DNA of 64,000 nucleotides from Eledone cirrhosa (lineage: Eukaryota): the NCBI GenBank assembly GCA_964016885.1, contig OZ024747.1, forward strand, positions 64,852,001 to 64,916,000, given 5' to 3'. The position numbers and the translations under genes are program-made. This document shows, piece by piece, positions 58,890 through 64,000 of this stretch (positions are counted from its first letter, which is position 1; every line of letters starts with the position of its first letter). A model generated the notes under the pieces. The model had not been told where the DNA came from and did no database searches. It saw only the letters and a program-made list of their open reading frames with translations.

Positions 58890-59622
58890 GTTTCTGATTT
58901 AGGCACAAGTCCATCAATTTCGGAGAAGGGTAAAGTCGATTAAATCTACCCTAGTGGCATCTTATTTTATCTACGCCGGAAGGATGAAAAGTAAAGCTAA
59001 CCTTGACGGGATTTGAACTCAGAAAGTAAAAGGCTGTAACTATATGCCGCAAAGCAAGTTGTTCAACGCTCTACAGATATTGCCAATACAATAAGACCTG
59101 TGCAATACCAGTGATAGTCGGTGAAATTGGAATAAAACAAAGGAACAGAAAAATATTTGGATCAGATACCTGGAAAGCCATCTCTGCAAGTGAAACGGGA
59201 AATAGTGCTGACTGGCATTGTCCATGTCTTGGGAAGGGTATTATTATTTTAAATAGGGCGGTGGATTGGCAGTATCGGTAGACGGTCGGACGCCATGCAT
59301 TCCAGCATAGTTACGTCCCTTTATGATCTGAGTTCAAATCCCGCCGAGGTTAACTTTGTCTTTCCACCATATGGGGGTCGATAAAATAAAGTACCAGTAA
59401 TGCACTGGGGTAATTGCTGGCCTTGCGCCAAAAGTAGAAAAAATTATTATTTTAGATAACTTGCAGACATATTTACTCTTTTCTTTGTGCCCTTATGTTA
59501 TCGATCCCCTAAGGATGAAAGGCAAAGCTAACCTCGGCGGGATTTGAACCCAGTACATAAAGGGCCATAACTCTATGCTGTAAAGCATAGTGTCTGGCGC
59601 TCTACCGATACTGGCAAACCAC
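58890..59622. mobile_element. Cluster of three SINE family B copies (minus 58890-59085, plus 59256-59445, minus 59497-59622)
   Basis: Each carries the aggatgaaaggcaaag.taacct core or its complement. Confidence 0.8.
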
Positions 59623-59659
59623 TGATGATGATGATGATGATGGTGATGATAACCGTACA

Positions 59660-60110
59660 TATATCTAGGGATCAAAATGAGGAAACATTTGACCTGTAAT
59701 AAAATACGTCACCCCAAACCAGATGTGGATTGCCCCTATCTCCCTAGACAAAACGGAGGCAGAAAAATGATCTAGCTTGTGCTATCATGCAGAATATCAA
59801 CCATTGGACTCTAACAATACCTTAAAATCACAGATGACTGGATGATGGACATGATTGCAGATCATGAAAAGAAGAAAAGGCTATATTCAGTCCCAAAGAA
59901 AAGCAGCACGTTTGCAAATGAATCGGGATTACATTTTGAAACTTATAGTGATTCTGCAATTAAAGACTGTAAGAACATCAAAGCGTTGACAAACCATGAA
60001 GGCCAACAAAGACTGGGCACTAAATAGAAGCAAAATCTACTGCATCAACAGTATGTTTTCCATAGCAAAGAATCTGATGTAGATCAAGCTCTCACCCATC
60101 GGTGGCATTA
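59660..60110 (+). mobile_element. R4/Dong-like remnant (post-RT region)
   Basis: KMRKHLTCNKIRHPKPDVDCPYLPRQNGGR is homologous to KTRKLLT..MFHKRSDVDRLYLRRSEGGR at about 33120. Confidence 0.7.
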
Positions 60111-60298
60111 TCAGTTTAAAAACCTTGCAAATATATATTACTGTTGTTTGTGCCTTTGTGGCAAGATTAGTATGACAATTGATTGTGAAATGTGTGTATT
60201 ATCAAATGTTGCCTCAGGTGTCAGTTTGACACTCGTTATGATGTGAAAAATAAGAAAATTCAAAGGAAGTTTCAAATAATAAAAATAATAACAACACA

Positions 60299-60383
60299 AG
60301 AAGAAGAAGAAGAAGAAGAAGAAGAAGAAGAAGAAGAAGAAGAAGAAGAAGAAGAAGAAGAAGAAGAAGAAGAAGAAGAAGAA
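60299..60383. repeat. (GAA)n microsatellite
   Basis: Direct reading of the sequence. Confidence 0.98.
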
Positions 60384-61957
60384 ACAGCAACGAATGAAAT
60401 AACAGCATAAGTGTTAATTACACTACAAGAACAACAACAAACAATAACAAAAGTAACAAGCTAGTGTAGAAGGACCGGGAATGATAAAAGGATGGCGAGG
60501 GAGGGTTAGAAGATTAAATATATTATAACAACAGATAGATGTCCTCCTGAATAAGATTCGACAACCACAGCAACAACAACAACAACGGCAGCAGCAGCAG
60601 CAGCAGTAGCAGCAGCAATATATATGAAGTTGATGATGTAGAATGATGAGTTCCATGCAGTGCCGCAAGTAATTTTATTGCTCACTTCCAATTTCATATT
60701 TTTCCAATCAGCAGTAACGTCTCTATCACTCAGAAGCAGCAATATTTACTGGATTAGATTCCAAATGTATCATACCTGGATAGTTTGGCATGTTTATGGA
60801 AGAAATCGATAATTCATATAATCGATAATAAATAGTCTTTTATTGGTGCAAATCTAGATATTCATATGAAGGGGACAAAATCGATTGTGTTTGGTGTTCC
60901 AACCAAACTGAAAACTGAACGAAAAACTATACACAGGTGAGACATAAAATCTATATATCAATAATGGAATGGTGGAATAGTGGAATAGATAATCCAGTTC
61001 TGTTACAAAAGAATCCATTTACGTATCAATACATCTAGTATATGGCTATACCAACGAGAGTACCTTTAAATATTCATCCCTCTTGCAAGAAATGGCAACC
61101 ATATCTCTCTCAACTTACACAGTACAAGCTTCAAATGTTGACATATACACTGAATAATGTAAAACGAGAAACATTATAGCGCTCAGATAAATATATAAGA
61201 TGGCGGTTCTATCATGATTGGAACGCTTTTTATAATATGTATTCTTGACCAAACAACACCTGAGGTTAAACAGCAACAATATGTCATTTTTTTCGGATGC
61301 TCTATGTCATTCCTTGCACTAATTTCATTTTTTATAATTTAAATTAAGTAGCAGTGATTTGCCATCGTCAAACTGTATATCTGTCCTCGTCACCACAAGA
61401 GAGTAATTTTACCAATAACACACGCCATTATTATCGCCATCCGACGAATCCGAACAACATCAATTTTTAGAATCTTTCTCTGTATTTGTCTCGTATTTGC
61501 TTGATTGCTTGCTTTAGTATCTCTTTCCTCTCTCACAAAACTTCTGATGCTAGAAAATGTTATGCAATGTTAGTTGCCAATGAATCGTTTTTTTTTTGTT
61601 TTTTTTTTGTTTTTTGTGATGCTTTGCTTTTCTTTTCCCCTTTACCTCCAATTATTTCAATATCATTTACACAGCCAAACTATTCAATATGTCAAACTAC
61701 AATCTATACGAAAATGGAAATCAGTTACAAGGAAAGCGAACTGCATATAGACATATAGTTAGAAAGTTTGTTTCAGGTATTAGTCGCTGTAATAGTTAGT
61801 ACTCATTTATAGGTGCCAGCCAGTTGGCTATGGCCATGCTGTAGCATCATAAAATACATTTAAATATTGAGACGATATGCAGAGAACAAACATTTTTCTT
61901 TTTTTCTTTTTGCTTCAGTTACTAACTCTTCGTTTATTATCTAGTGAGGATGTGAGG

Positions 61958-62160
61958 ATGGTGGATTGGCATAGTGGAGAGAACGTTGAACAAAATACAT
62001 TGGAGTATTTATAGTTCTGAGTTTAAATACTATCGTGATCAACTTTGCATTTCATCCTTCCAGAGTCGATAAAACAAAGTACCAGTAAAGTACAGGGGTT
62101 GATTTAAACGACTTCTCTCTCCCCACAACACAACATTGCTGGCTTAGTGCCCACATTAAA
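61958..62160 (+). mobile_element. SINE family B, diverged copy
   Basis: ggtggattggca head and actttgcatttcatccttccagagtcgataaaacaaagtaccag core. Confidence 0.7.
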
Positions 62161-64000
62161 AACATTTATTATCAGGTGATGTTTTACTCTGAAATATAAA
62201 TATGTCTGGAAGAAGATATAAATCAAATGTAACCATACCTGGCATCCTGACATCCTGGCATTCTGGCATCTAGAGAAGTGTTGGGAATATTGACAAATGG
62301 GTGGCCCACATATATTTCAATATGGTTTATATCACTGTCAATTGTCAATTCGTTATACGAATTATATTGCGTTGGTGTAAAGGTTTCACAGAATTGTCCT
62401 TCACACCACATTGTTCTTAATCCAAATGTCACTGGCTGCCACTATAAATATCATGATCCCAATGTTGGTAATATAGGTATCGGTCGCCTCTATCTCTCTC
62501 TCTCTCTCTCTTATCATCCATAGTTCTCTATGTCAAAATGTTGGTAATATAGGAATCAATCATGTATCAAAATCGGTTGAGTCACTTCAATATCATTGCC
62601 ATAATTGATACTCCTCGGTATTAAATTGGGAAATCAACAAAATCACTATCGAAATCCAGTGAAGGTGAACAAATTAACGGGCATACATAGCTTAGACTCC
62701 ATAAATTTCATCTGAATTCCAATATTTCCATTACTGAGTATATCATTCGCCACCTGTAAGATAATAACATATGTTACAGTCATAAATATTTCAATATAAT
62801 TGACAAAAATATCTAACGATGAAATCTTTAGACATGGAGTATTGTTAGGGCAATCTGTCAACCGCAATGCATCTTTAGAGATACCCCTTTAAAAAATTTA
62901 TTTTCATAGAAAACTTTAACGTACAGGAAGATATCAGCAGTGATAAATCTAGGAAGAGATAAAAATAGACAAAAAAAGTGTTAGAAACAATTAGAGATCT
63001 TTAAAATATTCATGTTTGATAATCTGTTCGTATTGTCTGTCAAAAACAATAGAAATACAGAGAAAGAGAAATTGAAGCCAAACATTTGAGTATTGTGAAA
63101 TAAGTTTAAGTGGAATTCATACTCGATGTTTATGTAAAAGAAATTTAAACAGAAAAACATGAAATATTGAAATGTTTAATGTGTTTTAGAAAGTATGCTA
63201 ATTTATAAACACGTGATAATACACAAACTTAAGCATTTGGTATAAATCTCCCCTGATCCTTCTTGATAATTGGGATTATCAATCTTGATTGTCATAGCTT
63301 TGGTGCCTTTTCAGAGATCTGGGCCACCGGAACGCACTTTCTCTATTTAAGATTTTTAACATCTCGGATCGAATTTCATCCTCCCCAAAGGTCGTGGCAC
63401 ATTTGAGTGATTGAATTTCCTTCAGTACAAATACTCAGATCAAGTTACTTGCTAAACATAAAATTCCGAAATTAATTCATTTTATCATATTAAATATATT
63501 ATAAAGGCTTCTATTCTAATATCTGCCTGTTTATCTATCTCTCTAACTAGCTAGCCATGTATCTATCTAACTATCTAATAAACATATCTATCTATCTATC
63601 TGACTATCTGTCTGTTTACCTATCTAGCTATATCTATCTATCTATGTATCTATATATATATCCCTTTATCTACATATCAATCTCTCTATCTATCTATCAA
63701 CCTGACTATCTATCTAACTATTTGACTGTTTCTCTATCTATCTATCCATCTATCTATCTAGCTAGCTAGCTATTTATCTATCTATCAATCGATCGATTTA
63801 TCTAGCTACCTAGCTAACTATTTAGCTATCGATCTATCTATTTATCTCTCAGTACATACAACAATATATTTTCAAAATATCATTATGAAAGATAATGTAT
63901 TGGATTATTTCACGGCTGTTTTAGTATCATTAATCTTCGTCTAGATGAACACATGTCAAATACCATTTGCAGTTATGGAAGCAGAAAAGGGTTAATATAT

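Noticed and set aside
60192-60668. Poly-Glu, poly-Leu and poly-Gln/Cys ORFs
   Set aside because: Derived from (GAA)n and (CAA/CAG)n repeats with no surrounding coding signal.
62223-63450. Short non-repetitive minus-strand ORFs with acceptor-like sites
   Set aside because: No recognisable protein family or consistent exon chain.

Overview
AT-rich eukaryotic, repeat-dominated DNA, most likely cephalopod (Octopus-like, inferred from the microsatellite load and SINE types). I found no supportable host gene; nearly all listed ORFs are translations of (TA)n/(CA)n/(GA)n tracts. Recognisable coding remnants are all retrotransposons: two copies of one RTE-clade LINE (one with a precise twin-priming-type 5' inversion), an Expander-like RTE remnant, R4/Dong-like and CRE-like restriction-like-endonuclease fragments, and Penelope-like GIY-YIG fragments. 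Two tRNA-derived SINE families are also present. The main unexplained signal is about 20 type I hammerhead ribozyme (HHR) motifs from many unrelated short non-coding repeat families. They sit between (TA)n tracts, often in head-to-head fold-back palindromes, and one family is circularly permuted. They show recurrent non-canonical cores (U4C, U10.1-U11.1, very long stem II). This resembles a diverse TA-targeted Penelope/retrozyme-like RNA system. All folds and alignments were done by eye; coordinates of degenerate repeats are approximate.
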